Positions 1 to 9,195 of a stretch of DNA of 64,000 nucleotides are shown here, one piece after another (position 1 is the stretch's first letter; each line of letters begins with the position of its first letter). The translations under genes were made by a program, and so were the position numbers. Location: positions 276-64,275 of the forward strand of contig CAYXID010000001.1 in assembly GCA_964465535.1 (NCBI GenBank), read 5' to 3'. The stretch comes from an uncultured Ruminococcus sp. (lineage in GTDB: Bacteria > Bacillota > Clostridia > Oscillospirales > Acutalibacteraceae). The notes beneath the pieces are model-generated. The model was not told the DNA's origin. It was given only the letters and a program-made list of their open reading frames with translations, and made no database searches.

Positions 1-1
1 G

Positions 2-211
2 GTTTTCGGAACATTTTTAGGCTATTTTGCAGTCAACATAACAGAGGCTCTGCTACCTTTCATGCTTTCCTTTGCAGGCGGCACAATGCTTTATGTTATA
101 AGTGACGAAATGATACCCGAAACTCACTCGCACGGCAGTGAACGAGGAGCCACATTCGCGCTGCTTATAGGCTTCTGCGTTATGCTTGTAACCGACCATC
201 TCTTTGGTTAG
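2..211 (+). CDS. ZIP family metal (zinc) transporter, C-terminal fragment (5' end outside window)
   Basis: Frame 2 is open from the window edge to TAG at 209-211. Translation: VFGTFLGYFAVNITEALLPFMLSFAGGTMLYVISDEMIPETHSHGSERGATFALLIGFCVMLVTDHLFG. This is hydrophobic TM helices plus an E-x-I-P-E-x-H metal motif typical of ZupT/ZIP C-termini. The antisense 53..238 ORF is a shadow. Confidence 0.6.
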   Translation, partial: VFGTFLGYFAVNITEALLPFMLSFAGGTMLYVISDEMIPETHSHGSERGATFALLIGFCVMLVTDHLFG

Positions 212-231
212 GTATACATCCAAAATGCTTC

Positions 232-260
232 TTGACAAATATGATTTTGAATTGTATAAT
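232..260 (+). promoter_or_regulatory. Sigma-A type promoter, consensus TTGACA-17 nt-TATAAT
   Basis: TTGACA at 232-237, TATAAT at 255-260, exact 17 nt spacer. It would drive the pflB leader with a TSS near 267. Confidence 0.6.
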
Positions 261-287
261 TTATATACAGTAAATAAATATAATACG

Positions 288-365
288 CTCTATGCTACTG
301 ACGGATTACGCGGATTACCGCGAGGGAGTATGGGGTGAGTTTTAGTCGACCGTCTGGGCAAATCG
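288..365 (+). promoter_or_regulatory. ZTP riboswitch (pfl RNA motif) aptamer
   Basis: P1 is CUCUAU (288-293) with AUGGGG (330-335). The conserved-looking ACUGACGGAUUA core precedes P2, CGCGG (309-313) with CCGCG (318-322). The 3' subdomain CCGUCUGGGCA (350-360) resembles the CCGCCUGGGCA consensus. Pseudoknot GACGG (300-304) pairs with CCGUC (350-354), with an A/U covariation relative to consensus GGCGG/CCGCC. It sits upstream of pfl, the context that named the motif. Confidence 0.75.
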
Positions 366-395
366 TTTTTTTATAAAATCGATTTGCCCTTTTTG
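356..395 (+). terminator. Intrinsic terminator acting as the riboswitch expression platform
   Basis: 10 bp perfect stem GGGCAAATCG (356-365) with CGATTTGCCC (380-389), followed by TTTTT. The 5' arm overlaps the 3' end of the aptamer (UGGGCA), the classic ZTP ON-switch layout. Confidence 0.75.
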
Positions 396-431
396 TTAAA
401 TTTGAACTTTCTTAGAATGAGAGGTAATGAT

Positions 432-2663
432 ATGGAACACATAAATTGGAATGGATTTAAAAAAGGTGTCTGGCAAAACGAAATCAATGTTCGTGATTTT
501 ATTCAGACAAACTATAAAGAATATACAGGTGACAGTGAATTTTTAGCATCTGCTACTGCCCGTACCTCTGCTATTATGGAAAAGGTACAAGCCCTCTTTA
601 AGTTAGAGCGTCAGCGAGGCGGCGTTTTTGATATCGACACCGAAACCGTAACCTCTCTTACCGCATATAATCCCGGATACATAGATAAGGATAACGAGCT
701 TATTGTAGGTCTTCAAACCGACGCTCCCCTAAAGCGCGGTATAAACCCCTTTGGCGGTATTAGAATGGCAAGACAAGCCTGCAGTGCATACGGATATAAA
801 CTAAGCGAGAAAATCGAGCATGAATTTCAGTACCGCACCACCCATAACGACGGTGTTTTCCGCGCCTACAACGAGGAAATGCGCCTTGCAAGAAGAAGCC
901 ATGTTATAACGGGACTTCCCGATGCTTACGGCAGAGGAAGAATTATCGGTGATTACCGCAGAGTAGCGCTTTACGGCGTTGATAAGCTTATCGCGGAAAA
1001 GAAAAAGGATAGCGCTGAGCTTGATAAATCCTCCTTTACAGACGAAAAAATAAAGCTCAGGGAAGAGCTTTACCGTCAGATTTTATTCCTTGGCTATTTA
1101 AAGGAAATGGCGCAGATGTACGGCTATGATATAAGCGAGCCTGCGGCTAATGCTCGAGAAGCTATTCAGTGGACCTACTTTGCTTATCTTGCCTCTATTA
1201 AAGAGCAAAACGGTGCCGCAATGTCGCTTGGCCGTGTATCTACATTCTTAGATATTTATATTGAGCGTGACCTTGAAAACGGCACCCTTACAGAAGAAAC
1301 CGCTCAAGAGCTTATGGACGACTTTGTAATCAAGCTTCGTCTTGCCCGTCACCTTAGAACCCCCGAATACAATGAGCTTTTCGGCGGTGACCCGATGTGG
1401 ATTACCGAGGCGGTAGGCGGTATGGGAGAAGACGGAAGAACACTTGTTACAAAAAACAGTTTCAGAGTTTTAAATACTCTCTACACCTTAGGCTCATCGC
1501 CTGAGCCGAACCTTACGGTTCTATGGTCGAATAGCTTGCCCGAAAACTTTAAAAAGTTCTGTGCAAAGGTGTCGGCTGATACCGACTCTATTCAGTACGA
1601 GAATGACGATATTATGCGTCCGCTTCACGGCGACGATTATGCAATTGCCTGCTGTGTTTCTGCTATGACAATCGGCAAGCAGATGCAGTTTTTCGGTGCG
1701 CGCTGCAATCTTGCAAAGCTTCTTCTTATCGCGATAAACGGCGGATATGATACCACAAGTGATATTCATATCGGACCGCAAATGCCGGTTCTCAGCGGTA
1801 AAAAATTAGACTTTGACACCGTTATGGAGCGCTACAAGATTTACATTGCTTGGCTTTCGCGCCTTTATGTAAACACAATGAATGTTATCCATTATATGCA
1901 CGATAAGTATGCCTACGAAAAAATCCAGATGGCGCTTCACGATACCGAGGTTGAGCGTCTTATGGCATTTGGTATCGCAGGTCTTTCGGTTGTGGCAGAC
2001 TCTTTAAGTGCTATTAAATACGCCGAAGTTTCTCCTGTTAAGGATGATAACGGCTTTATAACCGACTTTAAAACTGTAGGCGAGTTCCCCAAATTCGGCA
2101 ACGACGATGACAGGGTTGACCTTTTAACAAAGGAAATGACCCATCTGTTTATCACCGAGCTTCGCAAAACCGAGACCTACCGAAATGCTAAGCATACGCT
2201 TTCAGTTCTTACAATAACCTCTAATGTTATGTACGGCAAACATACAGGCTCTACACCCGACGGCAGAAAGTCTGGCGAACCATTCGCCCCTGGTGCTAAT
2301 CCTATGCACAACCGAGAGGAAAACGGTGCTCTCGCATCACTAAACTCGGTAGCAAAGCTAGATTATGATGATTGCCGTGACGGTATCTCAAACACCTTCT
2401 CAATAACACCCGAGGCTTTAGGCAGAAGTGACGAAGAACGATATAACAATTTAGTTTCTATCCTCGACGGATATTTTAAGAAGGGCGCACATCACCTAAA
2501 TGTAAATGTATTAAACCGAGAAACTCTTATGAAGGCATACGAAAACCCCGAAGAATATCCGAACCTCACCATTCGCGTTTCGGGATATGCAGTTAACTTC
2601 TGCAAGCTCTCGCGCGAGCATCAGCGAGAGGTTATAAGCCGTACCTTCCACGAGGCAATGTAA
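432..2663 (+). CDS. pflB: Pyruvate formate-lyase (formate C-acetyltransferase)
   Basis: 743 aa from ATG 432, with RBS GAGAGG upstream. The track start at 384 lies inside the terminator T-run. Active-site Cys-Cys (IACCVSAM) and C-terminal glycyl radical motif [11 protein letters not shown] are present. Confidence 0.95.
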   Translation: MEHINWNGFKKGVWQNEINVRDFIQTNYKEYTGDSEFLASATARTSAIMEKVQALFKLERQRGGVFDIDTETVTSLTAYNPGYIDKDNELIVGLQTDAPLKRGINPFGGIRMARQACSAYGYKLSEKIEHEFQYRTTHNDGVFRAYNEEMRLARRSHVITGLPDAYGRGRIIGDYRRVALYGVDKLIAEKKKDSAELDKSSFTDEKIKLREELYRQILFLGYLKEMAQMYGYDISEPAANAREAIQWTYFAYLASIKEQNGAAMSLGRVSTFLDIYIERDLENGTLTEETAQELMDDFVIKLRLARHLRTPEYNELFGGDPMWITEAVGGMGEDGRTLVTKNSFRVLNTLYTLGSSPEPNLTVLWSNSLPENFKKFCAKVSADTDSIQYENDDIMRPLHGDDYAIACCVSAMTIGKQMQFFGARCNLAKLLLIAINGGYDTTSDIHIGPQMPVLSGKKLDFDTVMERYKIYIAWLSRLYVNTMNVIHYMHDKYAYEKIQMALHDTEVERLMAFGIAGLSVVADSLSAIKYAEVSPVKDDNGFITDFKTVGEFPKFGNDDDRVDLLTKEMTHLFITELRKTETYRNAKHTLSVLTITSNVMYGKHTGSTPDGRKSGEPFAPGANPMHNREENGALASLNSVAKLDYDDCRDGISNTFSITPEALGRSDEERYNNLVSILDGYFKKGAHHLNVNVLNRETLMKAYENPEEYPNLTIRVSGYAVNFCKLSREHQREVISRTFHEAM

Positions 2664-3358
2664 TGGGATATGTTCATTCTATTCAGACGCTAGGCACAGT
2701 AGACGGCCCCGGTGTTCGCTTTGTTGTGTTTTTGCAGGGGTGTAATTTAAGATGCAAGTGCTGTCATAACCCTGACACTTGGAATATTAAAAACGGCACC
2801 GAATACACCCCCGAACAGATTGTATTAAAAGCCCAAAATTACCGCGAGTATTTTGGAGATGAGGGCGGTATTACAATTTCGGGCGGTGAGCCTCTTTTGC
2901 AGAGTGATTTTGTAAGAGAAATATTTACCCTTTCTAAAAGCGAGGGCATAAATACCTGCCTTGATACTTCGGGAAGCATTATAAATGATAACACCGAAAA
3001 ACTGCTCGCTGTTACCGACCGTGTACTGCTCGATATAAAGTACACAACCGATGCTCTCTACCGCGAAAATGTAGGTTGCAGTATCAGTTCGGTATTAAAG
3101 TTTTTATCTCTTCTCGAAAAAAGAGAAATTCCAACCACTCTTCGTCAGGTTATTATCCCCTCTATAAATGACAACGCGCAAAATATTTTAGCGCTAAAAA
3201 AAATTGCCGACAACCATAAATGTGTTGACAAAATAGAACTTTTACCCTTCAGAAAAATCTGTCAAGTAAAATATGATAATATGGGAATTACTTTCCCCTT
3301 TGGAGATTTAAATGAACCCGAAAAAGAGCGTATGGAATTTTTAAAATCGTTATTATAA
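2663..3358 (+). CDS. pflA: Pyruvate formate-lyase activating enzyme (radical SAM)
   Basis: TAATG overlap with pflB. N-terminal GPGVRFVVFLQGCNLRCKCCHNPDTW (CxxxCxxC) and the GGITISGGEP motif are present. Short PflA-type length of 231 aa. Confidence 0.93.
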   Translation: MGYVHSIQTLGTVDGPGVRFVVFLQGCNLRCKCCHNPDTWNIKNGTEYTPEQIVLKAQNYREYFGDEGGITISGGEPLLQSDFVREIFTLSKSEGINTCLDTSGSIINDNTEKLLAVTDRVLLDIKYTTDALYRENVGCSISSVLKFLSLLEKREIPTTLRQVIIPSINDNAQNILALKKIADNHKCVDKIELLPFRKICQVKYDNMGITFPFGDLNEPEKERMEFLKSLL

Positions 3359-3361
3359 TTT

Positions 3362-3590
3362 AAAGGGCTGTCTCACTAAAGGCAATTTGCACAATCTGTG
3401 CCTCCCTCTGACGAGGGAGGTGGCACGGCGTAGCTGTGACGGAGGGAGAGAAGATATGAAAATTCTGCAAAAATTGCAGGTTTTCTCTCCCTCAGTCTCG
3501 TTTCACTCGACAGCTCCCTCCTCAGAGGGAGCCAACGGTGATATCTATACCGTTAATTTGTGCATTTTAACCTTAGTGAGACAGCCCTTT
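3362..3590. repeat. ~230 nt nested palindromic (imperfect inverted-repeat) intergenic element
   Basis: Outer arms AAAGGGCTGTCTCACTAAAGG (3362-3382) and CCTTAGTGAGACAGCCCTTT (3571-3590). Internal hairpins: CCTCCCTC-tgac-GAGGGAGG (3401-3420), GAGGGAGAGAA (3442-3452) with TTCTCTCCCTC (3483-3493), CTGCAA-aaa-TTGCAG (3465-3479), and GCTCCCTC-ctca-GAGGGAGC (3513-3532). It ends in a T-run, so it may also terminate pflA. Confidence 0.7.
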
Positions 3591-3683
3591 TTCTTTTATA
3601 TCAATATTTTTATAAATTACAATTATATAATTGCAGTGAGCCTTAATTTGCTGTATAATAGGAAAAAGAACGGAGGGGTTTTA

Positions 3684-4370
3684 TTGATAGACTTTCTTTA
3701 TAACGATAAATTTATTGTTGTATGCCTAAAACCCGTAGGTGTGTTATCCGAGCCGTTCGACAGAGAAAAAAATATGCCCGAGCTTTTAAAGCGTCAGACA
3801 AAGGCGTATAAAATTGATGTTATCCATCGGCTTGACCGAAATGTCGGCGGGGTGATGGTCTATTCCAAAAACAGTAAAGCTACCGAAATTCTTGCTAAAA
3901 TGATGGCATCCCATAACTTTGAAAAGGAATATTTAGCAGTAGTAAACGGCAAACTGTCACCCACAGGCATTATGGAGGACTTTTTAATAAAGGACAAGAA
4001 AAAATGCAAGGTATTTGTTGCAAAAAAGGACACAAAAGATGCAAAATTTGCAAAACTTGAATATACGGTACTCGGCGAAAAAAACGGCTTATCCTTAGTA
4101 AGAATAAAGCTTCATACCGGAAGAACTCATCAAATCCGTGTTCAGTTCGCGTCCCGCGGATTTTCTCTTGTCGGCGACACAAAGTACGGAAAACAGGATA
4201 CAAAGGATAACGGCAAAACGCCTATCGCCCTTTACTCTTTCAGGCTCGCCTTTTCGCACCCCATCTCAAAAAAGCAGATAGAGGGCTTTAGTCTGCCGAA
4301 ACCAAATGGTCCGTTTGCGCTTTTTAAAAAGGAATTAAAAGAACTCGAAAATTATAAAATACCAAACTAG
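3684..4370 (+). CDS. RluA family pseudouridine synthase
   Basis: TTG start at 3684 with RBS GGAGGGG at 3673-3679. HRLDRNVGGVMV catalytic Asp motif and GRTHQIRVQFA motif are present. The upstream part of the 3387 ORF lies in the palindromic element. Confidence 0.85.
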   Translation: MIDFLYNDKFIVVCLKPVGVLSEPFDREKNMPELLKRQTKAYKIDVIHRLDRNVGGVMVYSKNSKATEILAKMMASHNFEKEYLAVVNGKLSPTGIMEDFLIKDKKKCKVFVAKKDTKDAKFAKLEYTVLGEKNGLSLVRIKLHTGRTHQIRVQFASRGFSLVGDTKYGKQDTKDNGKTPIALYSFRLAFSHPISKKQIEGFSLPKPNGPFALFKKELKELENYKIPN

Positions 4371-4388
4371 TAAAACAGGAGATAAACT

Positions 4389-5189
4389 ATGCTCGCTAAT
4401 TTCCATACACATACTAAGTTTTGCGACGGTAAAAACACCCCCGAAGAAGTTGTGCTATCCGCAATCGAAAAGGGCTTTTCGGCAATCGGCTTTTCGGGAC
4501 ACGGATATACCGATTTCGATTTAGAAACCTGTATTAACGACACCCCTGCATATATAAAAGAAATATGCCGTCTTAAAGAAAAATATAAAAATGATATCGA
4601 AATTTATCTCGGCGCCGAAGAGGACGCTTTATCTTTAGTGGATAGAAGTAAATACGAGTATATTATCGGCTCTTCGCACTACCTTTATATAGATAATCAG
4701 TATCATCCTCTTGATTTAAGTCACGATTACTTTAAAAAATGCCTTGCTCTTTTCGATTTTGATGTTCTCCGCTTGGCAGAAGCATACTTTCGACCCTTTT
4801 GTGAATATATAACCTCAAGAAAGCCTGATATTATAGGTCATTTTGATTTAATTACAAAGTATGACGAGCAGGGCGAAGCCTTGCTTCTGAATAACGCAAA
4901 ATATAACAAAATCGCCGAAAAATACATAACAAAAGCCGCTAAAAGCGGATGTGTTTTCGAAGTAAATACGGGTGCTATCGCCCGAGGACTTCGCACCACT
5001 CCTTATCCGAGCACAAATTTACTATACACACTTAAAAAGTTAAACGCGCCCATTATTCTCTCATCCGATAGCCATAATATAAACACCCTTGATTTTAAGT
5101 TTGACGAAATCAAAAAACTGCTTCGTGATATCGGCTTTACTAAACTCGTAACTCTACATAACGGTAAGTTTATAAGTTATGATATATAA
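4389..5189 (+). CDS. Histidinol-phosphatase, PHP (HisJ) family
   Basis: N-terminal FHTHTKFCDGK motif and later GHFD and SDSH metal-ligand motifs are typical of PHP-family HisJ-type phosphatases. Confidence 0.8.
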   Translation: MLANFHTHTKFCDGKNTPEEVVLSAIEKGFSAIGFSGHGYTDFDLETCINDTPAYIKEICRLKEKYKNDIEIYLGAEEDALSLVDRSKYEYIIGSSHYLYIDNQYHPLDLSHDYFKKCLALFDFDVLRLAEAYFRPFCEYITSRKPDIIGHFDLITKYDEQGEALLLNNAKYNKIAEKYITKAAKSGCVFEVNTGAIARGLRTTPYPSTNLLYTLKKLNAPIILSSDSHNINTLDFKFDEIKKLLRDIGFTKLVTLHNGKFISYDI

Positions 5190-5192
5190 ATT

Positions 5193-5232
5193 AAAGACCC
5201 TCGTTTGCATAATGCAAATTTGGGTCTTTTAT
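5193..5232. terminator. Bidirectional intrinsic terminator between convergent genes
   Basis: AAAGACCC (5193-5200) pairs with GGGTCTTT (5222-5229). Inner pairing TTTGCAT/ATGCAAA. A/T runs on both sides. Confidence 0.7.
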
Positions 5233-5233
5233 T

Positions 5234-6088
5234 TTATAATTTACTGAGTTTTTCTTTTAGAAAATCTACCGCCAAGGTGATATCGGCACCGGGATCCTCG
5301 CCCGTTTCCCTCTCGATAGTCAAAAAGCCATCGTATCCTATATCCTTTAATGCTGCAAGGTAGGCATCAAAGTCTACATCGCCTTGGCCAAGCGGTAACT
5401 CTTTAAAGCCCTTACAAGCATTAAGTGCCTCTACTCCACCAACAGCAAAGGCGTGATACACTTCAGTAGGATTTAAATCGGGGGCTAGCATCACACCGTC
5501 CTTTGCGTGAGTATGAACGATATAATCACGTAAAATATATACCGCTTCTACCGCATCCTGTGCAGTTACCATAGTAAAATTAGCAGGGTCAAGGTTTACT
5601 CCTACTCCGCCTTTGGTATCTTTTAAAAATGCAAGAAGTGTAGTAGCCTTTTCAGGACCTGTTTCAATCGCCAAAGTAATGCCTTTTTCCTTAGCATACA
5701 AGCCACATTCGGTTAGCGCCGCAAGCATAACGGCATACCTTGGATTGCTTTTATCTGCAGGGATAACACCGATATGAGTTGTAATAACCTTAGTGCCGAG
5801 CGTCTCAGCTAGGTCAATAATTCTTTTTGTTTTTTCAACTCGGCTTGGATTGTCTTCTTGCCTTTCAAATCCAAAGCCGCCCATATCACCGCACAGAGCC
5901 GAAAGTGTCAGGTTGTTTTTCTTTAAAAAATCACGGTAAAAAACTATATCGGACTGACTGAGATTATCGGGAGAAAAATCCCCGTTGGTAGCATAAATTT
6001 GAACACCGTCAAGCCCGAGGGCTACAGCATTTTCCAAGCTTTCAAGAATTCCTTTTTTAAAGCAATCAGAAATTACACCGATTTTCAT
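5234..6088 (-). CDS. Sugar phosphate isomerase/epimerase (xylose isomerase-like TIM barrel)
   Basis: 284 aa. Pattern of ...TTHIG..., LAIETGPE, NLDPANF, HAKD, LTIERE is typical of AP endonuclease 2 / IolI-like TIM barrels. Confidence 0.85.
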   Translation of the reverse strand: MKIGVISDCFKKGILESLENAVALGLDGVQIYATNGDFSPDNLSQSDIVFYRDFLKKNNLTLSALCGDMGGFGFERQEDNPSRVEKTKRIIDLAETLGTKVITTHIGVIPADKSNPRYAVMLAALTECGLYAKEKGITLAIETGPEKATTLLAFLKDTKGGVGVNLDPANFTMVTAQDAVEAVYILRDYIVHTHAKDGVMLAPDLNPTEVYHAFAVGGVEALNACKGFKELPLGQGDVDFDAYLAALKDIGYDGFLTIERETGEDPGADITLAVDFLKEKLSKL

Positions 6089-7095
6089 TTTTCAATACCT
6101 GCCTTTTCATAAATTTTACAGATTAGTCGGTGGGTTTCGAGCGCCTTTTCTGCACTGATTTCTAGAGACTCAAAACCCAGCACAGAACGGTAAAACTGAT
6201 TAATCTGCTTAATGTGGCTAACGCCCCAATAGCTTTTATCACCCAGAGATTTATCCATACGGTCGGTTAAATCCAAAACCTCTTCGGTTCCGTCGTTCCA
6301 AATGATTTTTGCCCAGTCGTAACTAAGGACTGCCTTTCCGTTTTCGCAGAAGAACTTAATCTCAATAGGCTCATTTAAGGAGCAATTATTCATACAGTAA
6401 AAGCCATATCTAACGCCGTTTTCATAGGTGATAAGGCCGCAGGCTGTGTCCTCTACCTGAATTTTGTTATGTCCCTGCATAGCAACAGTAGCAGAAACGC
6501 TCTTGACCTTTGAGCCGATAATCCAGTTAGCAAGGTCAATTGAATGAATTGCCTGATCAATAATGACGCCGCCGCCCTCTTTATCCCAAGTTCCTTTCCA
6601 ATCGGAATTTAAATAATAATCATCGTCCCTCTGCCAAGTGAGAGTTGAGGTGACACTGAGAATTTTTCCTAACTCTCCCGAATCAATTGTTTTTTTGATA
6701 AAGGCAGTACTCTCATTATAGCGGCATTGAAAAACTATACCGTATTGGCAATTTAACCTTTTAGCCTCATCGGTTGCCCACTGTGCTTTTTTAAAATTGA
6801 TATCCATCGGCTTTTCGCAAAGCACATGAACACCCTTTTCGAAAGCGGCAACCGAAGCCTCTGCGTGAAGATAATGAGGCAAACAGATATGTACCGCATC
6901 GAGTCTTTCGGTCTCTAGCATTTTTCTGTAATCGGTATAAACTCTGCCACCAAATTCTTCGCAAGCGGCTTTCGCGCGGTCGGATTTGATATCACAAACC
7001 GCAGTAAGCTCTGCATATTCCGAAGTTTTTATTGATTTAAAATGCTTTTCTGAAATTCTACCGCAACCAATGACTGCAACTTTAAGTTTTTCCAT
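6085..7095 (-). CDS. Gfo/Idh/MocA family oxidoreductase
   Basis: N-terminal Rossmann motif VAVIGCGRISEKH and the CEKPM motif. 4 nt overlap with the downstream gene. Confidence 0.9.
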   Translation of the reverse strand: MEKLKVAVIGCGRISEKHFKSIKTSEYAELTAVCDIKSDRAKAACEEFGGRVYTDYRKMLETERLDAVHICLPHYLHAEASVAAFEKGVHVLCEKPMDINFKKAQWATDEAKRLNCQYGIVFQCRYNESTAFIKKTIDSGELGKILSVTSTLTWQRDDDYYLNSDWKGTWDKEGGGVIIDQAIHSIDLANWIIGSKVKSVSATVAMQGHNKIQVEDTACGLITYENGVRYGFYCMNNCSLNEPIEIKFFCENGKAVLSYDWAKIIWNDGTEEVLDLTDRMDKSLGDKSYWGVSHIKQINQFYRSVLGFESLEISAEKALETHRLICKIYEKAGIEK

Positions 7096-7114
7096 TTAAA
7101 AAATCCTTTATGTT

Positions 7115-7960
7115 TTAAAGTTTTACCCATTCGCCGTCTTTTTGCATTCCCTCAATAACGCCATCTCGGATTTTTATTACATTTAAGGTTTCGTTTGAAT
7201 CGAAAGGCACGGTGCCCGATTCAAAAAATCTGAGAATATCTTCAATAAGGAAAAGGAAAAAGTCTGAATCCATTTGTCTGAAAATGCTTTTTTTGTCGGC
7301 AGTAGATGCAACTGCCATAAAAGGCAACGAAGGTGAAAAGACCATAGTAGCACTTTTATCATTCTCAAAATCGACAGTGCTGACATATCCGTTTGTCTGC
7401 TTTTCAACCTTTACTCTAAGCGGCGCTTCCTTCATTACCTTTACCGCCATTTCAATCTGGTGAATGATATATTCTTCCAAATTGCCGCCTCCTCCAAAGG
7501 TGGTAAGTGTTGTAGGCGACACATTCATATCATCGAGCTCTGTAGAATAGCGAAGTGCCGAAGAAGAAAAGAAAGCAGTTTTGTTTTCTTCAGCAATTTT
7601 GAAAATTTCCTGAGCCGTATTTAAGTCAGGCGCAAAGGTTTTGTCTATGTATGTGTTTTTGCGGTATTTTAAAACCTCTGCCGCATAAGAAAGATGCTTT
7701 TCAGGATTAGAGGGCGATAAAATGAAAATGTAGTCGCTTTTTTCGCAAAGCTCCTCTATTGTATTGCAACGCTCTGCTCCAAATTCAGCACACCATTCAT
7801 CAGTGTTTCTTCCGTCAACGGGAGAAACGAATTCTTCTGCCCAAACATACTTTAATTCTACATCCATATTAAGTTTTTCGGCCGCCGCACTTATCCAAGC
7901 GGGATAGTTATTGGCATGCCATTCGCTGATGTAAAAATCTACAAAGCCTATGGATTTCAT
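7115..7960 (-). CDS. Divergent Gfo/Idh/MocA-like protein lacking the glycine-rich NAD(P) loop
   Basis: 281 aa. The first strand reads IGFVDFYISEWHANNY instead of GxGxxG. IDKTFA replaces the EKP motif. Overall length and order resemble the flanking oxidoreductases. Confidence 0.55.
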   Translation of the reverse strand: MKSIGFVDFYISEWHANNYPAWISAAAEKLNMDVELKYVWAEEFVSPVDGRNTDEWCAEFGAERCNTIEELCEKSDYIFILSPSNPEKHLSYAAEVLKYRKNTYIDKTFAPDLNTAQEIFKIAEENKTAFFSSSALRYSTELDDMNVSPTTLTTFGGGGNLEEYIIHQIEMAVKVMKEAPLRVKVEKQTNGYVSTVDFENDKSATMVFSPSLPFMAVASTADKKSIFRQMDSDFFLFLIEDILRFFESGTVPFDSNETLNVIKIRDGVIEGMQKDGEWVKL

Positions 7961-9015
7961 AATGTAACCTCCTGTTTCTTTTCGGCAGACTGATACAAGC
8001 CGTCAAGAAGCTTTGCGCTTTCGAGAATGTGAACAATATTATTCTTATCCTTAATTCCTGTAGTAATGGAATTGATAAATCCGATGTCCTGACAAAGATA
8101 CTGGTCGGGAATATCATATTCGGGAGCAACTGTCTTTAATGTGTCTCCCTCATAAAATTCAAATTTACCGCCATAGGTCAGCCTTGCGCCGCCCTTATCA
8201 CCCATAAAATCAATATACATATCACCCTTGGCAACATTTTGTGCCCAAGCGCCGTTAAAGGAGATATTTCCTTTATCAGTTCTAACATAGCCCGATACGA
8301 AATCCTCTACATCATTGGTTCCGTTTTCGATATCGGCAGTATCCTCTGCCCACATATCTTCGTAGCGGTAGGACTTCATATCCTTTGCCATTTCATTGTA
8401 GGTATCACAGGTCACATTTTTGATTTTGGCGCCTCCTAAAATATAGAGGATTAAATCTAGAAAATGAATACCCCAATCGATTAGTACACCGCCGCCCGAC
8501 TGTGACTTTGTGGTAAATGCTCCGCCAAGTCCCGGAATACAGCGGAAGGCGCGGAATGAACAGTAAATATGATAAATATTGCCGAAATCACCGTTTTTGT
8601 ACATATCAGCAAGCATTTCAACCGACTTGTTATATCTGTTGCATACACCGATATTCAAAATCTTACCTTGCTTTTCGGCTTCCTCTGCCATTTCAAGAGA
8701 AAGAGGATAGTTCACAGTAATAGGCTTCTCGCAAAATACGTGCTTTCCTGCCTTTAGCGCATCCATTGTGATGGTATAATGCAGATGGTTAGGGGTTAGT
8801 ACAAAACAAGCATCTACCTCAGGGTCATTTAAAGCAATATTGTAATCCTCGATTACATTTTCAATCTTCGGGAAATTTTCTTTAGCCAAATTTGCTTTAT
8901 CAATAAGTATATCACAAGCGTATTTAATTCTTACATCTTCAATTTGAGAGAGTGCGGGGAAATGAGCGTTGTTTGCAATACGACCGCAGCCGATTACAGC
9001 GATTGTCTTTTTCAT
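7957..9015 (-). CDS. Gfo/Idh/MocA family oxidoreductase
   Basis: Start at MKKTIAVIGCGRIANNAH (ATG at 9015) with RBS AGGGAGGA upstream. CEKPI motif present. 4 nt overlap with the downstream gene. Confidence 0.9.
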   Translation of the reverse strand: MKKTIAVIGCGRIANNAHFPALSQIEDVRIKYACDILIDKANLAKENFPKIENVIEDYNIALNDPEVDACFVLTPNHLHYTITMDALKAGKHVFCEKPITVNYPLSLEMAEEAEKQGKILNIGVCNRYNKSVEMLADMYKNGDFGNIYHIYCSFRAFRCIPGLGGAFTTKSQSGGGVLIDWGIHFLDLILYILGGAKIKNVTCDTYNEMAKDMKSYRYEDMWAEDTADIENGTNDVEDFVSGYVRTDKGNISFNGAWAQNVAKGDMYIDFMGDKGGARLTYGGKFEFYEGDTLKTVAPEYDIPDQYLCQDIGFINSITTGIKDKNNIVHILESAKLLDGLYQSAEKKQEVTL

Positions 9016-9195
9016 TATAAATTCCTCCCTTTGTTTTATAATAGAATTATAAAACAATTTTTTCTCTTTTAAAATGTCATTTTTTTATTTAAAAGATAGC
9101 AATCTTTTTGATTTGCCGCTCTTTTAAAATTCACAAAGAAAAGCATTGCGATTTTAGAACTTTTGAAATATAATTAACTCGTAGGAGGTGCAGAG

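Noticed and set aside
384-431. N-terminal extension of the pflB ORF ([16 protein letters not shown])
   Set aside because: It begins inside the riboswitch terminator stem and T-run and has no RBS. ATG 432 follows GAGAGG and gives the canonical PFL N-terminus.
3387-3683. 99-codon extension at the front of the 3387..4370 ORF
   Set aside because: It lies entirely within the nested palindromic element and an AT-rich spacer, with no RBS. The pseudouridine synthase homology starts at the TTG at 3684, which has a strong GGAGGGG RBS.
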